Positions 1-8,031 of a stretch of DNA of 47,035 nt are shown one piece after another. Source of the stretch: Candidatus Poseidoniaceae archaeon (GTDB taxonomy: Archaea; Thermoplasmatota; Poseidoniia; Poseidoniales; Poseidoniaceae); contig JAKURJ010000001.1 in NCBI GenBank assembly GCA_022452125.1, positions 1-47,035 on the forward strand. The letters are read 5' to 3'. Below the pieces are notes generated by a model that worked only from the letters and a program-made list of their open reading frames with translations, had not been told where the DNA came from and did not search any database. The translations under genes and the position numbers were made by a program. Position 1 is the first letter of the stretch. Every line of letters starts with the position of its first letter.

Positions 1-2
1 AA

Positions 3-488
3 GGCCGTTTTTGCGTTGTAGGCGAAGGTTGGTCTGTATTAATTGGCCGGTTAGCATCAACTCTGGAAGAGGTAGGCATACCAATCCAAACCGGTATGAA
101 AATTACGGACACGTATGAAGGAGGAGTAGTAACTTCCAAGGGCCTCAAAATCGAAGCTGATGAAGTCCGAATGTGTGATGGCGGAGCAGTAGGTGAAGCG
201 GTTAAGGTTTCAACATTGGATGTAGTTTTAGACAATCGTCCTCTCAAAGGATTACACGGTTTAGTCAAAGGGGATGTAGCCATTCTTGATTTGGCTGCAA
301 TTCATACTAAGAAAGCACCAGGGATGAGTCATTTCTCTTGCATCGCATTATCTGGAGGAGTTGAGGCGATTGAGGATTTACTAGATGAGAGAGTCTCTGG
401 ATGGCGCTCTCATATCATAACAAAAAGAGAAAACAAGTCCATCACACTTACAGATTCTAGAGGGCTACTTTCTGATGGGATGATTTGA
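3..488 (+). CDS. hypothetical protein, 5'-truncated by the window edge
   Basis: The frame of the 96..488 ORF stays open with no stop codon back to nt 3 (checked codon by codon). The gene therefore probably starts upstream of the window. I recognised no family motif. Confidence 0.45.
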   Translation, partial: GRFCVVGEGWSVLIGRLASTLEEVGIPIQTGMKITDTYEGGVVTSKGLKIEADEVRMCDGGAVGEAVKVSTLDVVLDNRPLKGLHGLVKGDVAILDLAAIHTKKAPGMSHFSCIALSGGVEAIEDLLDERVSGWRSHIITKRENKSITLTDSRGLLSDGMI

Positions 489-1297
489 AGCACCGTCTAG
501 TACAAAGGGCCAATATGCGAATAGTCACTTGGAACGTCAACGGTATTCGGGCGGCAATCCGTAAAGGGTTCGACAAATTTGTTGAGAAGATTGATGCAGA
601 CATTTGGATGCTCCAAGAAGTACGTTGTTTGCCAGAACAATTGCCACCAAAATGGGCACCTCCTGCTGATAGCGAGATGATTTTACATCCTGCAGAAAAG
701 AAAGGATACTCCGGAGTTTCTACTATTTCGCGAGTGGAAATGAAAGAACTTGGCAGAGGCATGAAAGGTAACCTTGACCCTGAAGATTCGGAAGGTAGAG
801 TGCTTGTAACACAGCATGGCGACATCACTCTAGTCAACACCTATCTTCCAAGCGGCTCATCTAAAGAAGAAAGACAGAGATACAAGGAAGACTGGATGGC
901 ACAGTGGAGAGATTTCATCAAACCGATGTTTGATTCAGATAAACCAGTAATTGTAGCGGGAGACCTCAACATTGCACACACTGAAAATGACATTTGGAAT
1001 GCAAAAGGTAACGCAAAATCAAGCGGATTCTTACCACATGAGAGAGAATGGTTCACCGATTTGCTAGGTGATGGCTGGCACGATTTGTTTAGAGAGCACG
1101 TAGGCCCAGACGCCAAGATTTACTCCTGGTGGTCAAATCGAGGACAGGCACGAGCTAAGGATAGAGGATGGAGAATAGACTACCTCCTTGGAAATAATGC
1201 GGCAAAAGAAATGACAAAATCGGTAGAAATCGATAGGCAAGGTGGGCTTGAAGTAAGCGACCACGCTCCGGTTATTCTCGACCTTCACTCATCTTGA
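485..1297 (+). CDS. xth: exodeoxyribonuclease III / AP endonuclease (EEP family)
   Basis: It has the N-terminal MRIVTWNVNGIRA, LQEVR, GDLNIAH and C-terminal SDHAPV motifs typical of ExoIII/APE1. The ORF-track start at 485 is TTG. The ATG at 515 (MRIVTWNVNG) is the more likely start. Confidence 0.85.
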   Translation: MKHRLVQRANMRIVTWNVNGIRAAIRKGFDKFVEKIDADIWMLQEVRCLPEQLPPKWAPPADSEMILHPAEKKGYSGVSTISRVEMKELGRGMKGNLDPEDSEGRVLVTQHGDITLVNTYLPSGSSKEERQRYKEDWMAQWRDFIKPMFDSDKPVIVAGDLNIAHTENDIWNAKGNAKSSGFLPHEREWFTDLLGDGWHDLFREHVGPDAKIYSWWSNRGQARAKDRGWRIDYLLGNNAAKEMTKSVEIDRQGGLEVSDHAPVILDLHSS

Positions 1298-1497
1298 TCG
1301 GAGAAAATAGTCAGCAAATTATCAACCGATTCTCTTAGTGTTTCCAAACTATCTGCAGTGACATTCACTACTAGAATTGACTCGCCACCTTCTTCTGTTA
1401 ACTCATAGTCGAATCCTTCAGGAATCAGGCTAGACAAACGAGCACCGATTTCCGCAGAGCCGCGCCACTCGAGGGTGGTTGAGCACTTATCGGCCAT
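1285..1497 (-). CDS. small Pcc1-like (KEOPS subunit) protein, tentative
   Basis: The 70-aa ORF contains ILVVNVTADSLETLRESVDNLLTIF. This resembles the Pcc1/CTAG signature as I remember it from Pyrococcus Pcc1 (IILDIKATDSSALRGTVNSYLRWI). The size is right. Confidence 0.4.
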   Translation of the reverse strand: MADKCSTTLEWRGSAEIGARLSSLIPEGFDYELTEEGGESILVVNVTADSLETLRESVDNLLTIFSDQDE

Positions 1498-2900
1498 GGA
1501 GTGAACTACAGCATCCCCTCAATGAGCGTTACGATATCACAAGGGTTCTTTCAGTAAGTGCCTCTCGCACGTGTATGGATGAGCCAATCCAGGTCCTTGC
1601 AGGAACTGGTGGCGTAGCTCTTGGCGAGGCTCGCACTAATCATCAAGGCCGCAGGGCGGTATTGATGCATAGGGATGGCAACCCTGCAGAATTGCTTGCA
1701 TTAGCCGAAACAATGGGTGTCGAAATCGTTGATATTCAATATCAAAAAGGGAATGACGACCCTAGGACATATTTTGGAAAGGGCCGATTACAAGACGTGG
1801 CTGATGAAATTTCCAGCGCAGTCGAAGGCCACCCTTGGCACGGAGTCGACTTGGTGATTATCCATTCAAACGCATCTCCTAGACAACTAGTGAATGTTCA
1901 TGAATCAGTCCAAGTGGAAGTGTGGGATAGAGTAAGACTACTGCTTTCACTATTCATTTCTCATGCAGGTAGCGTTGAGGCTAGAACTCAGGTTAGAATC
2001 GCTCAATTGTTGGCCGACCGCAGCGTCCTTCGAGAGTTGGTCAACCAACAAACAACCGGTGAGAGAGCTGGTTTTGGTGGTGCAGGACAGCAAGGGATTC
2101 GAGGTGTCCTAGAGACGGTATCTAGGGAGCTAACTCAACTAAGAAGAAAGCAGAGAAAGCATGCACTGGCACGTAGTGAAAGAAGACGTCAGAGAGCGAG
2201 AGGCGGTGCTAGAACCGTCGGGCTTGCAGGATATACAAATGCTGGAAAGTCATCTCTATTCCTCGCACTATCCGGAAAACAGGTTTTAGTTGAAGATAAG
2301 TTATTCTCAACTTTGGAAACGACAGTTGGCAGAATGGAAATGAGTCCTAGAATTCTATTGGCAGATACAATCGGTTTCATCGACGAACTGCCTTCTGATT
2401 TGCTTGATGCATTCCATGCAACCTTGGATGAATCCTTGCAGTGTGACCTACTGTTACTTGTGGTAGACAGCAGTGATGAACCAGATGAGTTCAAGAGAAA
2501 ATTGTCTACGACTCGCCGTGAAGTATTGGAGCGCGGGGACGAATCTGGAATGAATATCAAGGTTGTATTGACAAAGTCCGACCTTGGAGGAAATATCGAA
2601 TCCGCAATCGAAATTGTCAACTCGATGGGGATGACAGAACCGCTTGTTGTATCGTCTCATGATGGACAGGGGATGGATGAGTTGAGAGAATCAATAATGT
2701 ATTCTCTATACGGGCCAAAAACAACCTTAGTTGTTTCAGAGGGAGATGATGATGAACGCAGTGCTGAGGCTTATGTTAGTCAGATATACGACTTGGGAAT
2801 AGTCACTGAAAAGAATGGCCTTGAGTTGACTCTTTGGTGCGGAAAAGCAGAGATGATGAAATTGATTTCTAAATCTAATGGACGCATTTCTATCAAGTAG
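1479..2900 (+). CDS. hflX: GTPase HflX
   Basis: It has a G1 motif GYTNAGKSSLF, a G3 motif DTIGFI and a G4 motif TKSD. An HflX-type N-domain is present (PAELLALAETMGVEIV...YFGKGRLQDV). The track start at 1479 is TTG and overlaps the divergent Pcc1-like ORF. The in-frame ATG at 1575 (MDEPIQ) is more plausible. Confidence 0.85.
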   Translation: MSTYRPWSELQHPLNERYDITRVLSVSASRTCMDEPIQVLAGTGGVALGEARTNHQGRRAVLMHRDGNPAELLALAETMGVEIVDIQYQKGNDDPRTYFGKGRLQDVADEISSAVEGHPWHGVDLVIIHSNASPRQLVNVHESVQVEVWDRVRLLLSLFISHAGSVEARTQVRIAQLLADRSVLRELVNQQTTGERAGFGGAGQQGIRGVLETVSRELTQLRRKQRKHALARSERRRQRARGGARTVGLAGYTNAGKSSLFLALSGKQVLVEDKLFSTLETTVGRMEMSPRILLADTIGFIDELPSDLLDAFHATLDESLQCDLLLLVVDSSDEPDEFKRKLSTTRREVLERGDESGMNIKVVLTKSDLGGNIESAIEIVNSMGMTEPLVVSSHDGQGMDELRESIMYSLYGPKTTLVVSEGDDDERSAEAYVSQIYDLGIVTEKNGLELTLWCGKAEMMKLISKSNGRISIK

Positions 2901-2921
2901 GACTGACCCTTAGGCCTAAAC

Positions 2922-3794
2922 ATGTCCGAACTGCTTGAGGATGTACCTTCTCTTCCCGAAGAAGAGCCGGTTTTCCAATCAAGCGGTGTCGCATTCGAAA
3001 TAAAAAGCGAAGACGGGCATCCAGTTTTGCGCATGATCGGGATTTTCGTCTTCGTAATATGCGCTCTTGGATTCGCTAATGGTTTAGATTTCATTAATCC
3101 GGAATCTGGACTGGTAAGGCCACACGAATGGATAAACGGAATGGCGCAGGGAGCTCCACACGATTCTGCTGAATTTTCTGGCACAATTACTTCGGGTGGA
3201 GAGCCACTGGTAAATGCAACAGTATTGCTAGAGCACAAAACCGCTGACGGGATTATCGATGTGCCATTAGAAACCGTAACTGATGAAAATGGTTATTTCG
3301 AATTCACAGGAGCAACTCCTGGTCTAACATCTATCGAAATTAAACGCCATAATGATGATGGTAAGCATGATGCTGTTAGGCATAGATTGATTTTGAACCC
3401 ACCATCGTTCTTCGAGAAAACAGGTTTTACAACTATCGATTTTGATGTTCCAGAAAACAGCGAGTTTTCTGATGTTGAGTGCAAAGGAAACTACGCAGAT
3501 GGCTCATGCGTGAGGACAATAAGTTACTTCGATGAGCAAATGGAATTCCCACTAATCGATGAATCAGCAGCTGGGTTTTACATCATGATTGGCTGGGCGA
3601 TGATTGGATTAGCACTAATCTCTGCAGGTTTCGCATTCTTTGGAATCAAGAAAGGTTCTAGAGGAATGATTCAGACATCTTGTGTTCTGGTGTTCTTTAC
3701 TGCAGGACACTACTATAGTGCCTGCTTGTTCTCAGTAATGGCATTCGCCCTGACATTCACTGTACCTCGCAAGTCCATAATCCTCGAAGCCTGA
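2922..3794 (+). CDS. membrane protein with a carboxypeptidase-regulatory-like beta-sandwich segment
   Basis: There is one N-proximal and about three C-terminal hydrophobic helices. The central part, GTITSGGEPLVNATVLL...TDENGYFEFTG, resembles a CarboxypepD_reg-like fold. Confidence 0.45.
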   Translation: MSELLEDVPSLPEEEPVFQSSGVAFEIKSEDGHPVLRMIGIFVFVICALGFANGLDFINPESGLVRPHEWINGMAQGAPHDSAEFSGTITSGGEPLVNATVLLEHKTADGIIDVPLETVTDENGYFEFTGATPGLTSIEIKRHNDDGKHDAVRHRLILNPPSFFEKTGFTTIDFDVPENSEFSDVECKGNYADGSCVRTISYFDEQMEFPLIDESAAGFYIMIGWAMIGLALISAGFAFFGIKKGSRGMIQTSCVLVFFTAGHYYSACLFSVMAFALTFTVPRKSIILEA

Positions 3795-3833
3795 AGCCGA
3801 CATCCTATTGACTCAATCCGGTTTAGGCCATGT

Positions 3834-4856
3834 ATGGATTTGGTTCAGGCGGCCTGGATGATTCGAGATTTAGGCCAGCCAGTCAGCTCCATCGACTTAG
3901 AGGAAGACTCGATTATTGCCGGAGGCTGGGATGGTTCTCTGAAGATGTGGAATGGCGATGGTGACATTCTTTGGTCTGCTCAATGTGAAGACAGAATTGA
4001 GGCAATCATCCGAATTGGGGAATTGGTAGTAGTGACTTCTGGCCTGCACATTACTTGTGTAAAATCGGGCGAAATTCTTTGGAGTAATGCATTGGAAGGC
4101 TCAGCTGATTTACTTGCATTCTATGACAACAAGGTCATTGCAACATCTAGCGTTTATGATATTGAACATGGTGATTTCATGGAAAGTGCATTATGGCAAT
4201 TTTCAATAGATGGGGAATTGATTGAAGTTACACGTATGGATGAAAGACCATGGTTTTTGCATTCAAATGAAAATCTAATTTTGGCACTTGGTCGGCCAAG
4301 GTGTGGACTTTTGGTTGACGGGGAACACAGAGAATTACCTAGCACTTCACCGGTTATGTGTGGTCTGTCAGGGCGAGAGAATATTTTGTTCGGTCATGCA
4401 GACGGAACAGTATCATCATTCAATGGCGATCAAATATGCAAAGAATCCACTTCAATCGAATCAATGACCTGTATCGAGCAAGGCTTTGTTGCTGCATTGG
4501 ATAACGGAGACCTAGTCGCTAGAACCCCAAGCTCAGTTCAGATTTGGACAGCTAGTGGCCCTCAAGTTACAACTCAAGTTGCAGGTTTTGATGATATGCA
4601 TTGGTGTGGGCGGTGGGATTCTATTCGTGGATATCTGGAAGTGAGGGCTAGTTCAGGCGAACTGATAGTTTCAACAGAAACTAGTCGTTCTAGGGTTTCT
4701 GATTATTCAGAAAATCGAATCGCTTTTGGATTTGAGGATGGCCAAATCTTGGTCTGGGAAAGAGAATTATTTCAACGTCGCTCAAATCAGGAGAATGGCG
4801 AGGAAAATAGTAGAAATTCTGCCCTCGCCGCTAGGCTCAGATCTTTGCGAAAATAG
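3834..4856 (+). CDS. beta-propeller (WD40/PQQ-like repeat) protein
   Basis: It shows repeated motifs of the type GGWDGSLKMWNGDGDILW, HADGTVSSFNGD and FEDGQILVWE. The function is unknown. Confidence 0.5.
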   Translation: MDLVQAAWMIRDLGQPVSSIDLEEDSIIAGGWDGSLKMWNGDGDILWSAQCEDRIEAIIRIGELVVVTSGLHITCVKSGEILWSNALEGSADLLAFYDNKVIATSSVYDIEHGDFMESALWQFSIDGELIEVTRMDERPWFLHSNENLILALGRPRCGLLVDGEHRELPSTSPVMCGLSGRENILFGHADGTVSSFNGDQICKESTSIESMTCIEQGFVAALDNGDLVARTPSSVQIWTASGPQVTTQVAGFDDMHWCGRWDSIRGYLEVRASSGELIVSTETSRSRVSDYSENRIAFGFEDGQILVWERELFQRRSNQENGEENSRNSALAARLRSLRK

Positions 4857-4858
4857 TG

Positions 4859-4867
4859 TTATTTATT
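4859..4867 (+). promoter_or_regulatory. candidate archaeal TATA-like box for the downstream structured RNA
   Basis: TTATTTATT lies directly after the upstream stop codon and about 25 nt before position ~4890. A second A/T box, AAATATT at 4896-4902, would instead place the start near 4925. This is positional reasoning only. Confidence 0.2.
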
Positions 4868-5302
4868 GCACAAAATCTCCATTGGAAGCAGTGGAAATAT
4901 TGCTCGCAACCCCCCATTTCCGGTGGAAAAGGGCCGAAATAAGCGTAAAGTTTATTTGCCTCCTCCCCACAAGGAGAAAGTGCCGCTCCACAAGGAGTGG
5001 TGGAGGACTTCCTCGGAAGGCCTCCGGGACCCTTGCCAACCGGCCTGCTCAAACCGAGCAAAGTGTTGGTCACAAACTCTGGAGACAGAGCAAGTGAGGC
5101 GCCAGGGAAGATACGGACTTTTCGGAGACCGTAAGTTCCCCCGCCCACAGGATGACTCCAAGCTTCGGCAAAGAGTCAACCACACAACCCTCGGGAAGTG
5201 TGGTACAGGGAGGGCTGCAACCTAGTTGCAGAAGTACCAACAACTGTGCATCGCCGGTAGGAGTGGCAGTAACAGTTCTTCGGGACAACCTCTGTCACAA
5301 AT

Positions 5303-5545
5303 AACGGCACGGCGAAACCGAGCCAGGAAAGCGACCTTCGGGAAGCAGAACTGAAAACGGACGCCACGGACGGTAACCGCGCCACCTGCTTCTTCGGAAG
5401 CAGGTGGAAACGGACCTCCACGTCGAAACCGAATCTGAAGCTCGCTTCAGAAAACGGACGACACGCCGGATCGAACAGGAACACTTCGGTGGGAATGCAA
5501 GAAACGGCAACCGGTAGAGAAGAAGGCGACCTTCGGGAAGCACGA
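5303..5545 (+). repeat. quasi-periodic array of ~50-nt two-hairpin modules inside the structured RNA
   Basis: AACGG(A/C) recurs at 5303, 5356, 5409, 5453 and 5503, with spacings of 53, 53, 44 and 50 nt. Each copy is followed by a small hairpin and then a YUCG-capped hairpin. The 17-mer GCGACCTTCGGGAAGCA is identical at 5331-5347 and 5526-5542. Confidence 0.55.
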
Positions 5546-5795
5546 ATCGATACCACCCTGGGAGCTAACCACTTCGGTGGAAGGTGAACAGAAACCCGGC
5601 CGCTGGGAAGAAGGCGTCTTGGCAACAAGGCGTCAACGATCTGGAAGATACTCCTCGGAGTAGACGAAGGTGACGACGACCCGGCAGCCACCAGCGGAGG
5701 CTGGCAAGGGGGCGGATATCCCACCCGGATGAAACCCCCTTGCCAGTTCTCCCATCCTGCTCTCACAGGTAAACGGGTGCCAGTGCGTTCCGCTT

Positions 5796-5817
5796 ATGAC
5801 TGTTAAGGGTCATTTTT
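5796..5817 (+). terminator. hairpin plus T5 tract, candidate 3' end of the structured RNA
   Basis: ATGAC (5796-5800) pairs with GTCAT (5809-5813), which runs into TTTTT (5813-5817). Oligo-T is the usual archaeal termination signal. The tract is T-rich only on the + strand. Confidence 0.35.
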
Positions 5818-5844
5818 CATCTTACAACCACTTTTGACTAGTGA

Positions 5845-7263
5845 TTAATTTGAGCCAGTCATTTCCTCTGGTCTAACCCACTGGTCAAACTCTTCATTGC
5901 TTAGATAGCCTAGTTCAAGAGCTGCTTCTCTAAGAGTAGTGCCCTCTTCGTGAGCCTTTTTTGCAATCTTTGCAGCTTTGTCATAACCGATATGATTGTT
6001 CAACGCTGTTACTAACATCAACGAATTTTCCAAATGATTCTTGATCATTCCTTCATTGGGCTCAATCCCTTCAACACATTTTGTTCTGAATGCTCGCATT
6101 GAGTCAGACAGAATCCTTACACTGTGCAATAAGTTGTGAATCATCATCGGTTTGAATACATTTAATTCGAAATTTCCTTGGCTTCCACCCACTGTTATTG
6201 CGGTGTGGTTACCCATTACTTGACAACAAACCATTGTCATCGCTTCTGATTGAGTTGGGTTGACTTTACCCGGCATAATCGATGAGCCTGGTTCATTTGC
6301 CGGTAGTGAGAGTTCCTGTAATCCACACCTTGGTCCTGAACCTAGCCACCTAATGTCGTTGGCAATTTTCATCAGACTTACCGCTAATGTGTTCAGTGCA
6401 CCACTTGCGGCAACAATCGCATCGTGTGCTGCTAATTGCGAGAACTTATTTTGTGCTGAAACGAATGGAAGATTGGTTTTCAACGCAATTGCAGATGCAA
6501 CTCGATTTGCGAATTCTGGGTGGGTGTTCAACCCGGTCCCAACTGCAGTTCCACCTAATGCTAATTCATGCAAGTCTTCCAAAGCGAACTCAACTCTTCG
6601 TATATCTGCGTCTAATTGAGCAACCCACCCACTCGCTTCTTGTCCAAGTGTGAGAGGTACAGCATCCATTAGATGCGTTCTGCCTATTTTCACAATATCT
6701 GACCACTCATCTGATTTTTTTGCAAGAGCATCCCTTAGTAAAACCAAACTAGGGATTAGCTCGCTAGTAAATGCTTCAGCGCTTGCAATATGCATAGCTG
6801 TAGGGAAAGTATCATTCGATGACTGAGCACGATTCACGTGGTCATTTGGATGAACCGGGGACTTGGACCCAAGAACTCCGCCAGCCATTTCAATGGCCCT
6901 ATTTGCAATGACTTCATTGGTATTCATGTTAGATTGTGTACCGGAACCCGTTTGCCAAACCCTCAGCGGAAAATGGTCATCTAACTCCCCATTGATTACT
7001 TCTTCAGCAGCAGAAATAATGAGTTTTGCAACCTTTCCATCTAATTGTCCTAAATCAGAATTAACCTTCGCTGCAGCCTGTTTTAGTATGCCAAAGGCAC
7101 GTATGACACCTCTTGGCATTTTGTCATCACCAATATCGAAGTTGATTAGAGACCTAGCGGTCTGACATCCGTAGTACCGGTCGGCAGGAACTTCCAGTTC
7201 ACCCATGGTGTCAGCTTCTATTCGTACCTCTCCCATGTACATACGGCATAGCCGACCGTCCAT
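5845..7263 (-). CDS. fumC: fumarate hydratase, class II
   Basis: It has the [16 protein letters not shown] signature and colinear fumarase/aspartase family motifs ([17 protein letters not shown]). The true start may be the downstream MGEVRIE. Confidence 0.9.
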   Translation of the reverse strand: MDGRLCRMYMGEVRIEADTMGELEVPADRYYGCQTARSLINFDIGDDKMPRGVIRAFGILKQAAAKVNSDLGQLDGKVAKLIISAAEEVINGELDDHFPLRVWQTGSGTQSNMNTNEVIANRAIEMAGGVLGSKSPVHPNDHVNRAQSSNDTFPTAMHIASAEAFTSELIPSLVLLRDALAKKSDEWSDIVKIGRTHLMDAVPLTLGQEASGWVAQLDADIRRVEFALEDLHELALGGTAVGTGLNTHPEFANRVASAIALKTNLPFVSAQNKFSQLAAHDAIVAASGALNTLAVSLMKIANDIRWLGSGPRCGLQELSLPANEPGSSIMPGKVNPTQSEAMTMVCCQVMGNHTAITVGGSQGNFELNVFKPMMIHNLLHSVRILSDSMRAFRTKCVEGIEPNEGMIKNHLENSLMLVTALNNHIGYDKAAKIAKKAHEEGTTLREAALELGYLSNEEFDQWVRPEEMTGSN

Positions 7264-7314
7264 GTCCCTTTCCCTCTAGTAAGCGTCAAAGGTGAGAATC
7301 TCGAGCAGAGAATA

Positions 7315-8031
7315 ATGGCCGCTTACCGCCTCGTATGGTTCCAGCATCTGCACAAAGCAGCTGGAACTTATGTGATTAGACGAGCGATGGCCAACGGCGA
7401 GACATTTTGGCCAAACCACGAGAATGGCAACCCAGTCAATAATGGCGAAGTAATCCCTTTGTGGAAAATGAACTCTAGTGAGTTGACGTCATTCATAGAC
7501 GAATGTGAAGAGAAAGGAGTTACATTTGTTGCATGTGAATGGGGCGGGCCAGATTATGAAACTCTGGCCAAGGACGAGAGAGTCACCATGTTGACGTGCC
7601 TTAGGCACCCAATCAAGAGATTGGTTTCAAATTACAATTATGACCACTATTGGATGTGGACTAAAGCCGCATCATACCAGGAATATCTTGCAGAAGGCCA
7701 CCTTCATTCTTCTCCTGAATACTATACCAAAATCTTCGCACGCGGAGAATTAGACTCCAATAAAGCGAAATCCAACCTCGAATTGTTCGACCATGTAATT
7801 GTCGCTGAAGACGGCATGGAAGCCTTAGACGAACTTGGATGGCCTAAGGAAAGCGACACCACTCATCCTACATTTGGAGATTCAAAGAGGGCCATGATTT
7901 TGTTTGCAAAACTTAGGTGGTTCAGGTTGTTTAATTACCTGAAGAAAAAGAAATTCCAGCCGCCAAGCGAAATAAAAATCGAAGAATCCAATCAACATGA
8001 TTTGGAACTTTACAACTCAATGCGAAGATAA
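7315..8031 (+). CDS. sulfotransferase-family protein (putative)
   Basis: The N-terminal FQHLHKAAGTYV resembles the 5'-PSB loop (hiPKtgGT). RHPIKRLVSNYNY resembles the 3'-PB motif (RdPveRlvS.y) of Sulfotransfer_2/3-type enzymes. Confidence 0.5.
   Translation: MAAYRLVWFQHLHKAAGTYVIRRAMANGETFWPNHENGNPVNNGEVIPLWKMNSSELTSFIDECEEKGVTFVACEWGGPDYETLAKDERVTMLTCLRHPIKRLVSNYNYDHYWMWTKAASYQEYLAEGHLHSSPEYYTKIFARGELDSNKAKSNLELFDHVIVAEDGMEALDELGWPKESDTTHPTFGDSKRAMILFAKLRWFRLFNYLKKKKFQPPSEIKIEESNQHDLELYNSMRR

Larger units (their letters stand above)
4890..5817 (+). ncRNA. unclassified large, highly structured non-coding RNA (~0.9 kb), rich in UUCG/CUCG tetraloops; ends approximate (+/- 40 nt)
   Basis: It is a G+C-rich island: 36/60 and 34/60 G+C in sampled lines, against 21/60 and 22/60 in flanking coding lines. 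Open frames pile up on both strands with R/S/P/G-rich nonsense translations. At least 18 hairpins can be drawn by hand, 12 of them capped by YUCG. These include a perfect 11-bp hairpin (5382-5407) and a perfect 12-bp stem (5701-5712 with 5735-5746). The loops read UUCG and GNRA only on the + strand. Confidence 0.7.

Noticed and set aside
5300-5600. The recurring GAAAC/AACGG motif every ~50 nt suggested a degenerate CRISPR array.
   Set aside because: The repeated element is only 5-7 nt, apart from one 17-nt duplicate, not a 24-37 nt repeat. The 'spacers' are themselves conserved-looking hairpins. Spacing is irregular (44-53 nt). No cas genes or leader are nearby.
4726-5766. Seven overlapping ORF-track entries on both strands (4726..5097+, 4837..5148-, 4866..5225+, 4952..5185-, 5070..5288-, 5176..5766-, 5295..5543-) as possible protein genes.
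   Set aside because: They mutually overlap in several frames and strands. Their translations are R/S/P/G/W-rich low-complexity nonsense with no motifs. They coincide exactly with the G+C-rich hairpin-dense segment. Stop-codon depletion from high G+C and structure explains them better, so I interpret the locus as RNA.
4890-5817. The GC-rich RNA might be an rRNA fragment, SRP (7S) RNA, a tRNA cluster or a group II intron.
   Set aside because: I found no universal 16S/23S strings, such as the GTGCCAGCAGCCGCGGTAA type. There is no SRP helix-8 GGAA/AGCA symmetric-loop context and no tRNA T-arm (GGTTCGAATCC-like). I also saw no group II domain V or reverse-transcriptase ORF. At ~0.9 kb it is far too long for SRP RNA. 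This rests only on memory-based motif checks and needs Rfam confirmation.
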